A DNA stretch of 64,000 bases, from sequence record MN022785.1. One strand, written 5' to 3'. Origin of the DNA: Escherichia phage VEc20. A program made the position numbers and the translations under genes. This document shows positions 1 through 10,339 of the stretch, in pieces (position 1 is the first letter of the stretch; each line of letters opens with the position of its first letter). The notes under the pieces were generated by a model, which saw only the letters and a program-made list of their open reading frames with translations, was not told the DNA's origin and searched no databases.

Positions 1-2178
1 TTAGGCCGCAAGGGCCTTCATAGTTTTAGCGATTTGAGAAACTTCATCATCACTTAAAGAGTTGCGATATCCGATGAAGTCGGAAACAATACGGAATTTC
101 TTGGTAAACTCAGCAACCATTTTATCACTGTTTTTTGAAGCATTATTTGATAATACATCAAAAAGATTAGTTACTGTCCAGATGTCATGACCGATGGTAT
201 CTTTTCCACCATTAAAATATACACCGCGCAATGAACTAACTATATTAGCGAGTCGTGTATATTCTTCAGAAACTTCATCTGTACTGAAGTACTTCATCAT
301 AAAATCTAGTTCAGGATACTTGATAATTTTATCAATATATCGTTGAGCTGAACTTGAATAACCTACGTACTTATCATAATCTACATCATCAAAAGCATCT
401 ACATATAAATCACGCAGAGTTTCAAAAATACATTGGCACTGACCGAGTTCTTTTACCTTTTTCTGCAAAAGCGGACGAATAACATAAAACTCATTAATGC
501 CAATAAGATTAGCCATACGAATCAAAATATTCATAGATGGATGACAAAGAGATGTAGTACCATCCATAGAGAAAATATCAGAACGATGCATATACGCTAC
601 ATACCCAGTAATTTCATCTGCTTCTGATGTGAGCGTAAATAATTCCTCTTTTTCCCAGCGCCCGTCTTTAATTTCAAACTTAAATGCTGTAGCAGCTTTA
701 GGACGAGGAGCTTTACTTTTAACTACCTTTGGAATATAGCTTTTAACTAAAGCTTCAATTTCTGACAAATAATGAATGTTAACTTCATCACTTTCAAACA
801 TCGCCATAATATCAGGAAGCAAATCAATCTGCGATTCTACTTCTGGATTAATAAACAGAAGGCGTTCGTTGTGATGAATATTCAAAGTGTTATTAAATTC
901 ACTATCATCTAACGCATGTGCTAATCCACGGACAATATTAACACGATTTTTAATATTATCAATAACGATATTAATTTTTGTTGCATTAATACCAAACAGA
1001 CGATAACTTGATGCAACGGCTGAAGTTTCATGACTTTGCTTAATGCGCTTCAGTCGAGGGTCAAGATTTACTTCATACACAACTCCTGCATTGCATAACT
1101 TACTATCAGGTTCAAACATGCTTTGCATCTTCTTATATGACAGATTTTTAGTCGTAAATTTGACTGAATTACTAATCATATAATCTCGAGCAGAATACCC
1201 CATCTTCATCAATTCACGATATGTATGACGGGGAGATGTGGATTCTTTAAATCGTTTTACATCTTCATTAAATGCTTTCTCACTGAGTTCTTTAACTCGT
1301 TCAATAATATTTTTACGAGTACGATCATCCAGTGAAAGAGCCTCGCGAGATGGAGCAATATCAAGTGAACCCATTGGAAACTTAATGTAATTCACTTCAT
1401 TGCGAATGCTTAGCCAGTTACGGTCTCTAATAACACCATCGATAGGATAAACAATACCGCCATAGATAGCATATAATCCACCACGATCAGGCCAGTATCT
1501 TTCTGGATTTACACCGTAATAGTCATCAAAATCCGGAAAATAATCAATTTCGCGGTCAAGACCATTAATGATAGCCAAATCTTTGAATGGTCGCATGATA
1601 TAAGAAACTTCATAAGCAAAGTTTCTAAAGTCTTTTTCTTCAACTGGAACTACGATTTCAATACCAGTTTTATCATCTGGACCCATTTCTTTTACGAATG
1701 TAGGTTTAATCTGTGGACCATCACCATCCATGTAAGCTACATAACCACGAATTTCACCTTTATGATACGAAGTAATACTAAATGTATCAGTATAACTAAA
1801 CGGAGATTTAGAACCTAAACCAAACCCGCCAATAAAGTCATTAGATTCAGCCTTAGATGAACTGAAGTATGAATTATATAACCCAGGAGAATTATCATCA
1901 CCCTGAATATCAAAATCACTCATACCCGGACCAAAATCTCGACAAACAAATCGCGGATCTAATCGTCCTGGAACTTGTATGATAAATTTTTCAGGATTTC
2001 CATTAAGTGCATGGGCATCAATCATATTAGTAATTAATTCACGGACTACTGCACGAATCTTGTTTGTATACAAATCAGATGACAGAATTTTAAATACTTT
2101 AGGAGATGCTGTGATGCTAAATGCTTTTGATTTAGAACCATTGCCAAGAATTGTTTCTTTTTCAGTGGTGATAATCAT
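1..2178 (-). CDS. rIIA: rIIA membrane-associated protein (Rex exclusion target)
   Basis: 725-aa ORF, N-terminus [14 protein letters not shown] and length match T4 rIIA; stop at window pos 1-3. Confidence 0.9.
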   Translation of the reverse strand: MIITTEKETILGNGSKSKAFSITASPKVFKILSSDLYTNKIRAVVRELITNMIDAHALNGNPEKFIIQVPGRLDPRFVCRDFGPGMSDFDIQGDDNSPGLYNSYFSSSKAESNDFIGGFGLGSKSPFSYTDTFSITSYHKGEIRGYVAYMDGDGPQIKPTFVKEMGPDDKTGIEIVVPVEEKDFRNFAYEVSYIMRPFKDLAIINGLDREIDYFPDFDDYYGVNPERYWPDRGGLYAIYGGIVYPIDGVIRDRNWLSIRNEVNYIKFPMGSLDIAPSREALSLDDRTRKNIIERVKELSEKAFNEDVKRFKESTSPRHTYRELMKMGYSARDYMISNSVKFTTKNLSYKKMQSMFEPDSKLCNAGVVYEVNLDPRLKRIKQSHETSAVASSYRLFGINATKINIVIDNIKNRVNIVRGLAHALDDSEFNNTLNIHHNERLLFINPEVESQIDLLPDIMAMFESDEVNIHYLSEIEALVKSYIPKVVKSKAPRPKAATAFKFEIKDGRWEKEELFTLTSEADEITGYVAYMHRSDIFSMDGTTSLCHPSMNILIRMANLIGINEFYVIRPLLQKKVKELGQCQCIFETLRDLYVDAFDDVDYDKYVGYSSSAQRYIDKIIKYPELDFMMKYFSTDEVSEEYTRLANIVSSLRGVYFNGGKDTIGHDIWTVTNLFDVLSNNASKNSDKMVAEFTKKFRIVSDFIGYRNSLSDDEVSQIAKTMKALAA

Positions 2179-2188
2179 AATTTCCTCA

Positions 2189-2392
2189 TTAATTCATATT
2201 ACGCTTAATAACTTCAGCAACTTCTAGTAATTCATCTTTAGTTGCAGTGTCGGATTGAATTTTATCTCTAATATCTTTAAAGCGGTTTTTAAATTCTTCG
2301 GCTTCTCCCATATCGAAAAAGCGTTGAATGATTCTATATTCTCGATGAACTGCTTTATCAAAAAGTTCTAAATTTACTTTATATGATTTCAT
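2189..2392 (-). CDS. hypothetical protein (rIIA.1 position)
   Basis: 67-aa ORF directly upstream of rIIA, same strand. Confidence 0.6.
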   Translation of the reverse strand: MKSYKVNLELFDKAVHREYRIIQRFFDMGEAEEFKNRFKDIRDKIQSDTATKDELLEVAEVIKRNMN

Positions 2393-2416
2393 TTCAATAT
2401 CCTCATTTGCCCAATT

Positions 2417-2448
2417 AATTATATCACATCCTTGTGGTAAAGTAAACT
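2417..2448 (-). promoter_or_regulatory. T4 early-type promoter (-35 GTTTAC, 17-18 nt, TGaTATAAT) driving rIIA.1/rIIA
   Basis: revcomp reads GTTTAC-tttaccacaaggatgtg-ATATAAT between gene 39 stop and rIIA.1 start. Confidence 0.6.
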
Positions 2449-4267
2449 ACTGGCTCATCCATTCTTTACGAAGGTCAGCATTATCTCCCATGAGCATTTC
2501 AAAAAGCTCTTTCCAGTTCTCAGGAAGTTTAACAACATCATATACTGGATTTTGAATCATCTCACGATATTCAGATTTTTCCAAAGAGCCAAGTCCTTTA
2601 ATATAACGGATGCTATGTTTAGGTAGAGCATCTTTAGCACTCTCATATTCAGCGACTGTATAAAACCATTCTTGTTTTTTACCAATCTGTGCGATGATTA
2701 CAGGAGTTTTGACAAAGCGAATTCGTCCTTGCTCAAACAGTTCTGGCCAATTACTAAAAAATCCAAGCAGAGAAGGATAAATGCTTCCTAGGCCATCATG
2801 GTCAGCATCAGTCATAATAGCGATATTATGATAATTCAAGTTTTCAGCTTTTTCACCGAGAACTAATCCAGTGATTGCGCAAATATCAAATAGTTCTTTG
2901 TTTTTAAGCATATCTGCATAAGACATACCCCAACTGTTGAGAACTTTACCGCGCAATGGATAACCACCGTGAAGTTCTTTATCACGAACATCAATAAGAT
3001 ATCCGATAGCCGAATCACCCTCAGTCAAGAAAAGAGTAGTGTCAGCATCTTTACCACAAAGATTCGCTTTGATATGTTTATGAACCTTAGCTTTAGATGC
3101 CTTTTTAGCTGCTTTAGTTTCTGCTGCTTTTTCTGCCGCCAATTTACGAGCCAAAGCAGCTTCAATAATTGGCATCAGAATTGCTTCATTATTCAAAATA
3201 GCACGTGAAATCTTTTTAGCATCAAGCTGAATATGACTACGGATTTCACCAAATGGAGAAGTCAAACGCTCTTTAGTTTGAGAATCAAATCGCATGTTTT
3301 TCATATCACGAACAAACATAACGATTGTCAAACATTCTTTAACGCGTGCTTTAGTCACATCAATTTTGAACTTACGTTTGATTTGTGGAATAAGGTCTTC
3401 ACAAATATCATCCATAACGCAGTCAATATGATGGCCACCATTCTTAGTATGAATGTTATTGACGTATGTTAATTGACGAAAACCATCCGGTGAACGACCA
3501 ACCGCAATAGAGCAATTTTCTTGTTCTTGAACAATAGCATGCTCATCATATTGGCGTGCATATTTCTTAAAATTGCCCTGAACCTTTTTACCATTAAAGG
3601 TAAATTGAATATCAGGATAAACTACTGCAAGTGTCTGGAGACGATCTAGTGTAATGTCAAGATAAACTTGGGACAGCTCATTAGTTTCAAATGACATAAA
3701 ATCAGGAATGAAAGTAACACGAGTTCCTTTCCATTTTCCAGGAATAGTTTCCCATGATTTATTTTCCATGCCATTTGAACAACGAACTACAATATTATTT
3801 TGACCATCACCAGTTTCACCGACAAACATCACAGAAAAAATGTTTGTCAAACTAGAACCAACACCATTCATACCGCCAGTGACGCGTTCTTTATCATCAC
3901 CAAAGTTACCACCTGCTTTTGGAATAGTCCATGCAGCAACAGGACCAGGAATTTCTTCACCGGTAGGTGTTTTAACCATCGCTTGTGGAATACCGCGACC
4001 GTTATCTTCAACTGTTACTTGATTGTTTTTAATAGTAACATTAATTTTATTTGCGAATTTAAACTTAGTACGAATACCTTCATCTACTGAGTTATCGATA
4101 ATTTCATCAATAAGCTTAACAAGACCAGGTACATACTGAACACTTTCCCATTTACCAAACAGAAAGCGCTCATGCATTTCATTAGCGGAAGAGCCAATGT
4201 ACATGCCGCTACGCTTTTTGATATGTTCAATATCGCTCAGAATTTTAATTTCATTCTTAATCATCAC
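2447..4267 (-). CDS. 39: DNA topoisomerase II large subunit, uninterrupted (gp39 + gp60 equivalent in one ORF)
   Basis: 606-aa ORF; GHKL ATPase motifs (VEDNGRGIP, GGNFGDDKERVTGGMNGVGSS) plus TOPRIM-like C-terminal part; no internal gap or stop. Confidence 0.9.
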   Translation of the reverse strand: MMIKNEIKILSDIEHIKKRSGMYIGSSANEMHERFLFGKWESVQYVPGLVKLIDEIIDNSVDEGIRTKFKFANKINVTIKNNQVTVEDNGRGIPQAMVKTPTGEEIPGPVAAWTIPKAGGNFGDDKERVTGGMNGVGSSLTNIFSVMFVGETGDGQNNIVVRCSNGMENKSWETIPGKWKGTRVTFIPDFMSFETNELSQVYLDITLDRLQTLAVVYPDIQFTFNGKKVQGNFKKYARQYDEHAIVQEQENCSIAVGRSPDGFRQLTYVNNIHTKNGGHHIDCVMDDICEDLIPQIKRKFKIDVTKARVKECLTIVMFVRDMKNMRFDSQTKERLTSPFGEIRSHIQLDAKKISRAILNNEAILMPIIEAALARKLAAEKAAETKAAKKASKAKVHKHIKANLCGKDADTTLFLTEGDSAIGYLIDVRDKELHGGYPLRGKVLNSWGMSYADMLKNKELFDICAITGLVLGEKAENLNYHNIAIMTDADHDGLGSIYPSLLGFFSNWPELFEQGRIRFVKTPVIIAQIGKKQEWFYTVAEYESAKDALPKHSIRYIKGLGSLEKSEYREMIQNPVYDVVKLPENWKELFEMLMGDNADLRKEWMSQ

Positions 4268-4316
4268 TTATCCTCGTTTGGTTTCGGGAATATTATACTC
4301 CGGTAATCATAAAGCT

Positions 4317-4335
4317 AAAGGCCCGAAGGCCTTTT
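4317..4335 (-). terminator. GC stem-loop (aaaggcc-cgaa-ggccttt), UUCG loop on transcript
   Basis: perfect 7-bp stem with 4-nt loop overlapping stop of ORF 4334..4603, upstream of gene 39. Confidence 0.45.
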
Positions 4336-4603
4336 ATTTAAAACGGATAGTCGAATCCTTGAAGAATAGACCAGAACACACGGTTCCTTCTACTTTCTGC
4401 CCAGTAGGTCCAATAGCACGAAATCCAGTATGTTGGAAATCATTTTCAGAGCAACCGAACCAGTTGTATCCAGTGATTTCAATATTAGTAAAACCACTTG
4501 AAGATAAAACTTTGGTTGCATTATCAGCATCAGTACATCCTGCTAAAGACACTGCTAATACTAATGCTGCGATAGAACGATTAATATATTTCATAGTTTT
4601 CAC
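4334..4603 (-). CDS. putative lipoprotein (39.1 position)
   Basis: 89-aa ORF; N-terminal signal peptide with lipobox LAGC. Confidence 0.6.
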   Translation of the reverse strand: MKTMKYINRSIAALVLAVSLAGCTDADNATKVLSSSGFTNIEITGYNWFGCSENDFQHTGFRAIGPTGQKVEGTVCSGLFFKDSTIRFK

Positions 4604-4971
4604 TTAAATTTAATGGCTTGAAGGAGACTAATAATTCTCAAGCGACTTCTTTCATCTTTAACCGTAAATGAAAGAGGGTCACCAGATTTCATAGTGATAG
4701 TGCATTCAAAATCAAAACCTTCGGGGACTTCTTCGAATAGGTCAAATTCTTCATCATATATTAGAACATTACTCTGAAAACTGTGAAGAATTTTTCCATC
4801 ATTTCCAGATGCTGTACTAATCATTGTAACATTATTACCTTTCATATCTTCAACGATAAATTCGCTTGTAGATATTACGGCATTAATAGAACCATTCCTA
4901 TAAATAGCAGAAAATAGATATTTCTGTTCTTCACCTTCACGAATGCGATATTTCTTACCGATTTTAAACAT
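4600..4971 (-). CDS. hypothetical protein
   Basis: 123-aa ORF, start overlaps stop of next ORF. Confidence 0.55.
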   Translation of the reverse strand: MFKIGKKYRIREGEEQKYLFSAIYRNGSINAVISTSEFIVEDMKGNNVTMISTASGNDGKILHSFQSNVLIYDEEFDLFEEVPEGFDFECTITMKSGDPLSFTVKDERSRLRIISLLQAIKFK

Positions 4972-4973
4972 AA

Positions 4974-5150
4974 TTACCCTTTAAGTAAGTCGTAAAATCC
5001 ACCATTCACATGCTTAGGAGCAGAAGGCCGACGAGTAGACAGACGATGACATTTAGGGCAAACATCATTTTCTCGTTCAGAAATCTTTTTAATTTTTTCA
5101 TATTCATGCCCGCAATCTTCGGATTGGCATTTATAATCATACATTGGCAT
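4974..5150 (-). CDS. small zinc-ribbon protein (CxxC...CxxC), 58 aa
   Basis: hand-translated MPMYDYKCQSEDCGHEYEKIKKISERENDVCPKCHRLSTRRPSAPKHVNGGFYDLLKG; below ORF-track cutoff; stop 2 nt from next start. Confidence 0.45.
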   Translation of the reverse strand: MPMYDYKCQSEDCGHEYEKIKKISERENDVCPKCHRLSTRRPSAPKHVNGGFYDLLKG

Positions 5151-5152
5151 AA

Positions 5153-5572
5153 TTATTCCTTAAAGTGTGCTTTCAACATCTGATACAAGGACCATGCTTG
5201 TTCATTATTTTCAATAGTAACTTTCATGATCGGGAATTCTGTGAAATCTTCTATTTGTTCTTGCTCTTCCTGCTCTTGTTCTTCAGCTGCCTGATATGGA
5301 TTTTCCACTTCATTAAAGAACTCAGCTTCGCTCGTTGAAAGCCAAATAAAATCTTCATCCAAAATATCTTTACCGGAGGATAACGCCAATCTTCCAGTAG
5401 ATGTCACAATTTTAGTAGGACGACCAAGATGGTCAATATCTATAACTTTAAAAGGTTCCATACCTAAACGCCGCGCATAGATTCCGTTATCAGTATGGTC
5501 TTTAATAAAATTTTCTTGAGCTTGTTTATTTTTAAATTGATACCATTTATTAACTTCAAATTTAATAGCCAT
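5153..5572 (-). CDS. hypothetical acidic protein (goF position in T4 order)
   Basis: 139-aa ORF with [10 protein letters not shown] acidic tract; name positional only. Confidence 0.5.
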   Translation of the reverse strand: MAIKFEVNKWYQFKNKQAQENFIKDHTDNGIYARRLGMEPFKVIDIDHLGRPTKIVTSTGRLALSSGKDILDEDFIWLSTSEAEFFNEVENPYQAAEEQEQEEQEQIEDFTEFPIMKVTIENNEQAWSLYQMLKAHFKE

Positions 5573-5787
5573 TAATAAATTTCCTTCCAGTAAGTTGTAC
5601 CATCTTCAGTGATTTCACGAAATACACCGTAAATTGGTTGTTTATCCCCAACCTTTTCATACACATAAACCGAAGTCAAGTGAGTAAACTTAGCAGTGTG
5701 TTCCTTTTGAACTACTACCAAATCTGGATCGAATAACACATCTTCAAATTCGTCATTAGTGCAGTTCTGAACAATTTTACGTTTCAT
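5572..5787 (-). CDS. hypothetical protein (cef position in T4 order)
   Basis: 71-aa ORF; positional. Confidence 0.5.
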   Translation of the reverse strand: MKRKIVQNCTNDEFEDVLFDPDLVVVQKEHTAKFTHLTSVYVYEKVGDKQPIYGVFREITEDGTTYWKEIY

Positions 5788-5866
5788 TACAATTTCCTCG
5801 TTAATTGAACATTGGAGCGATGCGTTTCAGAAGAGTAGCAGCACCTTTGGCAAATTTTCCATTTTA

Positions 5867-5909
5867 TTCTCCAAATTATTTTCTATATCAGTAGTTGATA
5901 TTGATATAG
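5867..5909. repeat. 13-bp perfect inverted repeat (atcagtagttgat / atcaactactgat) with 17-nt loop
   Basis: read directly; sits in 170-bp non-coding gap between the two flanking ORFs. Confidence 0.7.
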
Positions 5910-5959
5910 TACCATAATCAACTACTGATGTATATAGTTTTATGAAAAAATTTTAAACT

Positions 5960-6451
5960 TTATGCATAGCGAGCTTTGCTATAGTGTTTAATCCAACTTT
6001 CAGGAATGACTTTGTATGTTCCTAAAAATACCGCGTTGTATAACTTAACGCCATCTTCTACCCATTGATCAGTAATGTATGCACACATAGCGCGAGTACG
6101 CCGAGGAAGTGGTTGTCCACCTTCGGTAAATTCAAACTCATAAGGAGCAATGAACTTGATAGCTTGACCAAGTTTCCACTTAAAGTCTACACCTACATGC
6201 GAAGTATCAATCGTTTCAATTCCTTTAGCAGGAACAGCTTTCAAAAACGCAGGCTCAAGAAATTTCCATCGAACATAACCAAACTGGGGCTTAGACATTC
6301 CATCTTTAGCAATGATACGTACTTTTACTTCAGAATCTTCATCTTTAACACCGTGTTTAAGCTGAATGCTTACAACTTCGACCAATTTTCCTGCTGCTTT
6401 AGAACGGGATTTATCAGATACACGAGCAATTTCGCCGATATTAATATTCAT
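5960..6451 (-). CDS. MotB-like protein (positional)
   Basis: 163-aa ORF at motB position; C-terminal domain shared with ORF 6525..7028. Confidence 0.55.
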   Translation of the reverse strand: MNINIGEIARVSDKSRSKAAGKLVEVVSIQLKHGVKDEDSEVKVRIIAKDGMSKPQFGYVRWKFLEPAFLKAVPAKGIETIDTSHVGVDFKWKLGQAIKFIAPYEFEFTEGGQPLPRRTRAMCAYITDQWVEDGVKLYNAVFLGTYKVIPESWIKHYSKARYA

Positions 6452-6524
6452 AATTATCTCTCACTTGTTAAAAAGGTTTTATACTCCACAGGACCATTAT
6501 ACTCTGATCCCAAGAGTTTGTAAA

Positions 6525-7028
6525 CTAGCTTACACGAACATTAATCACTGCGCTGCGAGGAACGACAGAATACTCTCCAGCATGAACTACATTAAGAAGT
6601 TCAACGCCATCTTCAATCCACTGGTCAGTTACCCAACCGCCGACCGGATTCGCGAATGGACGACGAATGTAAACTGCCTTACACAACAAATCAGTCGGGT
6701 CTTCAATTTTTTCAACTGGTGCCACATACATAGAAACTAAATCCATATCAATATGGGATTTTTCCTGTTCTTCTTTTTCAATTTCTGTCAATAGACTAAA
6801 ATCTTTTTCATAAATAAGAAGCGATGACACCATTCCATAATAGTTTCTAATTTCAATATACATCATGCCGATAAGAATTCCGCTATTAACACTAATAACA
6901 GTAAAAGGATATCCGCCAGTTAAAGCAAGAAGTTCACAAAACTTATTATGAGCTGTATTAGACAGTACCGGAAAATTCTTAATTTCATCAAATTTTTTCA
7001 ATTGATAAACAGCATTATTTTTAATCAT
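6525..7028 (-). CDS. hypothetical protein, paralog of ORF 5960..6451 (shared C-terminal domain)
   Basis: 167 aa; C-terminus DQWIEDGVELLNVVHAGEYSVVP vs DQWVEDGVKLYNAVFLGTYKVIP. Confidence 0.55.
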   Translation of the reverse strand: MIKNNAVYQLKKFDEIKNFPVLSNTAHNKFCELLALTGGYPFTVISVNSGILIGMMYIEIRNYYGMVSSLLIYEKDFSLLTEIEKEEQEKSHIDMDLVSMYVAPVEKIEDPTDLLCKAVYIRRPFANPVGGWVTDQWIEDGVELLNVVHAGEYSVVPRSAVINVRVS

Positions 7029-7038
7029 AATTTTCTCT

Positions 7039-7539
7039 TTAATCTAAGGTAATAAAGCCTTTTAATTCGGCATGCGATTTGCGGAACATTACTTGATGTC
7101 CGCCAATGATAACTTGGTCATCTGGTACTTCGTATACAGCAAGATAAAATCCTTTCGAAGCTAATTCTTCACGCTCTTCTCGTGTGAACCATCTCATCAT
7201 ATCATATTCGCTAGCGAAAGCAAAATGATAAAGAGCTATAAACCATCCTGGAATATGATATTCTACTCCAACATAATCTTTCTTGAACTTAGTATTAATT
7301 ACTATATTAGCGTTTTTAACTAATAGTTTATCTTCGTGTGGTAAAGGAATTCTTTTATTATTATCGCTATGATGCATAAAATTAGGTCTGTCATAACCTA
7401 CGTGTAATAGCCACTCTTCGCTCCATGAATCTATTATACTCCTGTACGGCGTTATTTGAACACAAAGATTTCGACGTATTGTTATAGCATCTTCATAATC
7501 AAGAATACTAAACGATGATTCAACACGATAAATTTTCAT
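7039..7539 (-). CDS. hypothetical protein
   Basis: ORF track 7039..7578; start trimmed to ATG at 7539 with GAGGA RBS because the 5' extension overlaps promoter. Confidence 0.5.
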   Translation of the reverse strand: MKIYRVESSFSILDYEDAITIRRNLCVQITPYRSIIDSWSEEWLLHVGYDRPNFMHHSDNNKRIPLPHEDKLLVKNANIVINTKFKKDYVGVEYHIPGWFIALYHFAFASEYDMMRWFTREEREELASKGFYLAVYEVPDDQVIIGGHQVMFRKSHAELKGFITLD

Positions 7540-7563
7540 TTTATTATCCTCAGTAGCTATGGT

Positions 7564-7596
7564 GTTATAATACCACAACTAACCGAGGAAGTAAAC
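7564..7596 (-). promoter_or_regulatory. T4 early-type promoter
   Basis: GTTTAC -35 and GGTATTATAA -10 region on minus strand. Confidence 0.45.
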
Positions 7597-7602
7597 AACT
7601 TT

Positions 7603-8286
7603 TTATCGTTTTGTTGGAAGAGACAGAGGATCGCACTCTTCCTCTGACGGAGCATCTTCAAGACCCATAGCGTATCGCAAAGCATACTTCATCATCAGGA
7701 TGTCTTTCGCACAGTCATGAATAGAATCATGCGCAACGAATCCATCTAAAGTTCCTTTTGGAAGAGGACACGTGGTCATATCACGAACAAGCAGAAGTGC
7801 TTCAATTCTGGTACGAATATCACGCTGATTCCAGAATTTACATGGTTCTAACTTAAATGTGTCAAGCTCATTCTCAGAAACACCATTAAAACGTTGAATA
7901 TCACGAATAAGATCGACTAAAATTGGAAAATCAAACGACATTCCACGGCACCAGCCTTGAGATTTCCAAGGATCGATATTATGTGCATTGATGTAATCAT
8001 TAAATTTTGCAATACCATCGATAGTGCTTACATCTTCATCTGATGGTGCAATATTTTTTCGAGCTTCAGGAGATTGATTCTTCCACCATTCGATAGTGCT
8101 TTTAGTAAAAAGACGATGTCCTTTTTGGCTTTTTAAATCAAACTTGATTTTAATGCCGCGTGAAACTAATTCATCAAATGTTTCAACTACTTCTGGATTA
8201 GGGTCAAAGGCAATAACAGCCAAATCAATAACAGCTGCCTTTTCACCGCTTCCCATTGTTTCAAAATCTATAATAAAATCAAACAT
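7603..8286 (-). CDS. dexA: exonuclease A (DEDD 3'-5' exonuclease)
   Basis: 227-aa ORF, size and position match T4 dexA; acidic catalytic motifs (DFETMG). Confidence 0.8.
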   Translation of the reverse strand: MFDFIIDFETMGSGEKAAVIDLAVIAFDPNPEVVETFDELVSRGIKIKFDLKSQKGHRLFTKSTIEWWKNQSPEARKNIAPSDEDVSTIDGIAKFNDYINAHNIDPWKSQGWCRGMSFDFPILVDLIRDIQRFNGVSENELDTFKLEPCKFWNQRDIRTRIEALLLVRDMTTCPLPKGTLDGFVAHDSIHDCAKDILMMKYALRYAMGLEDAPSEEECDPLSLPTKR

Positions 8287-8528
8287 TAAATTTTCCTCGC
8301 TAAATCGCGAATTTGGCCTACAGTATAGTCTTGAATATAAACTTTATTAATAGGTTCATCAATAAATTTTGCCATAGATTCAATATCTTTTTGCATCTCT
8401 TCAAGACTGTATATTATCTTTAAAGCTTTTTCGCGAATAGTAATATTTTCAGGACCAGAATTTTTCTCAATGACAGCTTTAACATTTGTCATAAGAGATT
8501 TAAACTGACACCAACTTAATTCAATCAT
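8286..8528 (-). CDS. hypothetical protein (dexA.1 position)
   Basis: 80-aa ORF. Confidence 0.5.
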   Translation of the reverse strand: MIELSWCQFKSLMTNVKAVIEKNSGPENITIREKALKIIYSLEEMQKDIESMAKFIDEPINKVYIQDYTVGQIRDLARKI

Positions 8529-8781
8529 TAATAATCGCCTTATAAAGATAGCTAATTTCGCCTAAAATATAATCATTGATTGTAACAGTTTTCACTTCAC
8601 CGCAAAAGAATTCTAACGCAATCAAATCTCGTTCAATTTCTTCCAATTGAAGCATTAACTTGCCTGATTCAATTTTCACGTTTTTGCGATTTTTACTATA
8701 AGCTATTTCATAAATTTCGCTCACTTTATCTTGAAGCAGATAAAACTGGTCTTTAGTTATTTCCACGAATAGCTTCCTCAA
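8521..8781 (-). CDS. hypothetical protein (dexA.2 position)
   Basis: 86-aa ORF. Confidence 0.5.
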   Translation of the reverse strand: MRKLFVEITKDQFYLLQDKVSEIYEIAYSKNRKNVKIESGKLMLQLEEIERDLIALEFFCGEVKTVTINDYILGEISYLYKAIIND

Positions 8782-9013
8782 ATTTAATCAGCAGCTTACA
8801 GACACTTTCATCTAATGTAATTACCGTGTCTGTATTACTATGATATGATTGTTTTTCAATTCGTTTAATTGCTAGTATAGTATCACTTATAAGATTAAGT
8901 TTATAAAGGAGCTCAGCTCCTGTTACCATAACACTGAGGTTATCTTGCTTATCAGTATGCTTCTTTATACCATCTATTAGACGATTTAAATATTTTGAAT
9001 TGATGTTAATCAT
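8753..9013 (-). CDS. hypothetical protein
   Basis: 86-aa ORF. Confidence 0.45.
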   Translation of the reverse strand: MININSKYLNRLIDGIKKHTDKQDNLSVMVTGAELLYKLNLISDTILAIKRIEKQSYHSNTDTVITLDESVCKLLIKFEEAIRGNN

Positions 9014-9019
9014 ATATCC

Positions 9020-10339
9020 TCACACATAAAACACATCATAACGACCACGAGTAACACCAACATAAAGAAGCTGCTGAGCTAGTTCAGCGTCTGCATAATG
9101 AATACAAGGCGTATAAATGAAAGCACGGTCTACAGACATACCTTGAGCTTTATGGAATGTTGATGCAGGAAGTGCTTTCACTTTACTAAACTGTGATTTA
9201 GCATCCCAAAAATCACTCCATGGAGCTTTTCCGCCTTTGTTCCAATTTTTATAAGTTTCTGCCGTTTTACCTAAAAATAGGTTAAACTTATATAACTCTT
9301 CATCAGATGAAATTATTTTAATCTTTTCACGATAATATTCATCATCGCCGTAAGTTTCTACTGTTAAATCCCAATGACGAATTAAGTATTCTCCAGGAAC
9401 ACCACGAGCTTTAACAAACGTCGATGTATACTCTGCTTCTATAATACGAACTAATTGTCCGTTATTAAAAATAATTTCTGACACAGGCTTTCCATCAATT
9501 TTATATGTTTTAATTAATGGTTCCTGCATTACAATAATTTCACCGACAATAAAATCTTTATCAGTTTCAAAAATCTTTTTACGAATAATGCTATTTAACT
9601 TGTCAACAGATTTATTTGTAAATGCCATTACGCGATTTTCAAACAAATCGTCTAGTGATTTTACGATTGAAAAATAATTTACCATAAAATCGCGTAAAGC
9701 GGTATCACCAGTAAATCCACGTACTCCATGGCCGTCAACAACTTTATCATAAATCCACTTACCGTTGCGAACATCAGTAGCTACATCAATAATAGGAGCA
9801 TTACTGCGTTTAACTTCAGTGAGTTCACACTGATAAAAATCTTTATGTGTAAAGAATGGACTGATATAAGCAGTATTTTCTCCTGGGTCAACAGGTCTAA
9901 TTTGCTTATTATCACCTATTCCAATTATAGTACACCACGGCGGGATAGTTGAAAGCAGAATTTTAAATAGCTTTCTATCATACATTGACACTTCATCGCA
10001 GATTAATACCCTGCATTTAGCTAAATCTGGTACTTCCTTCTGCTCAAAGAGGACATTTTCTTCATATGTTACAGGGTTAATTTTAAGAATACTATGAATA
10101 GTACTTGCTTCTTTCCCTGATAGTTTTGAAAGAATCTTTTTAGCTGCATGAGTAGGAGCTGCTAAAATAATACCAGTTTCACCCGTAGATATTAAAGCTT
10201 CAATGATGAACTTAGTAAGAGTAGTCTTACCGGTACCGGCAGGTCCATTAATAGTTACATGATGTTTCTTTTCTTTAATAGCCTTCATAACAATGTTAAA
10301 GGCATTTTTCTGGCCTTCGGTCAAATCATCAAATGTCAT
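9020..10339 (-). CDS. dda: Dda DNA helicase (SF1B)
   Basis: 439-aa ORF; Walker A GPAGTGKT; sequence recognisable as T4 Dda. Confidence 0.9.
   Translation of the reverse strand: MTFDDLTEGQKNAFNIVMKAIKEKKHHVTINGPAGTGKTTLTKFIIEALISTGETGIILAAPTHAAKKILSKLSGKEASTIHSILKINPVTYEENVLFEQKEVPDLAKCRVLICDEVSMYDRKLFKILLSTIPPWCTIIGIGDNKQIRPVDPGENTAYISPFFTHKDFYQCELTEVKRSNAPIIDVATDVRNGKWIYDKVVDGHGVRGFTGDTALRDFMVNYFSIVKSLDDLFENRVMAFTNKSVDKLNSIIRKKIFETDKDFIVGEIIVMQEPLIKTYKIDGKPVSEIIFNNGQLVRIIEAEYTSTFVKARGVPGEYLIRHWDLTVETYGDDEYYREKIKIISSDEELYKFNLFLGKTAETYKNWNKGGKAPWSDFWDAKSQFSKVKALPASTFHKAQGMSVDRAFIYTPCIHYADAELAQQLLYVGVTRGRYDVFYV

Noticed and set aside
433-627. Plus-strand ORFs of 60-150 aa inside minus-strand genes (433..627, 3800..4090, 6065..6523, 29978..30394, 32390..32773, 61227..61610 and others)
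   Set aside because: They lie antisense within well-supported genes, lack ribosome-binding sites and have low-complexity composition typical of AT-rich antisense frames.
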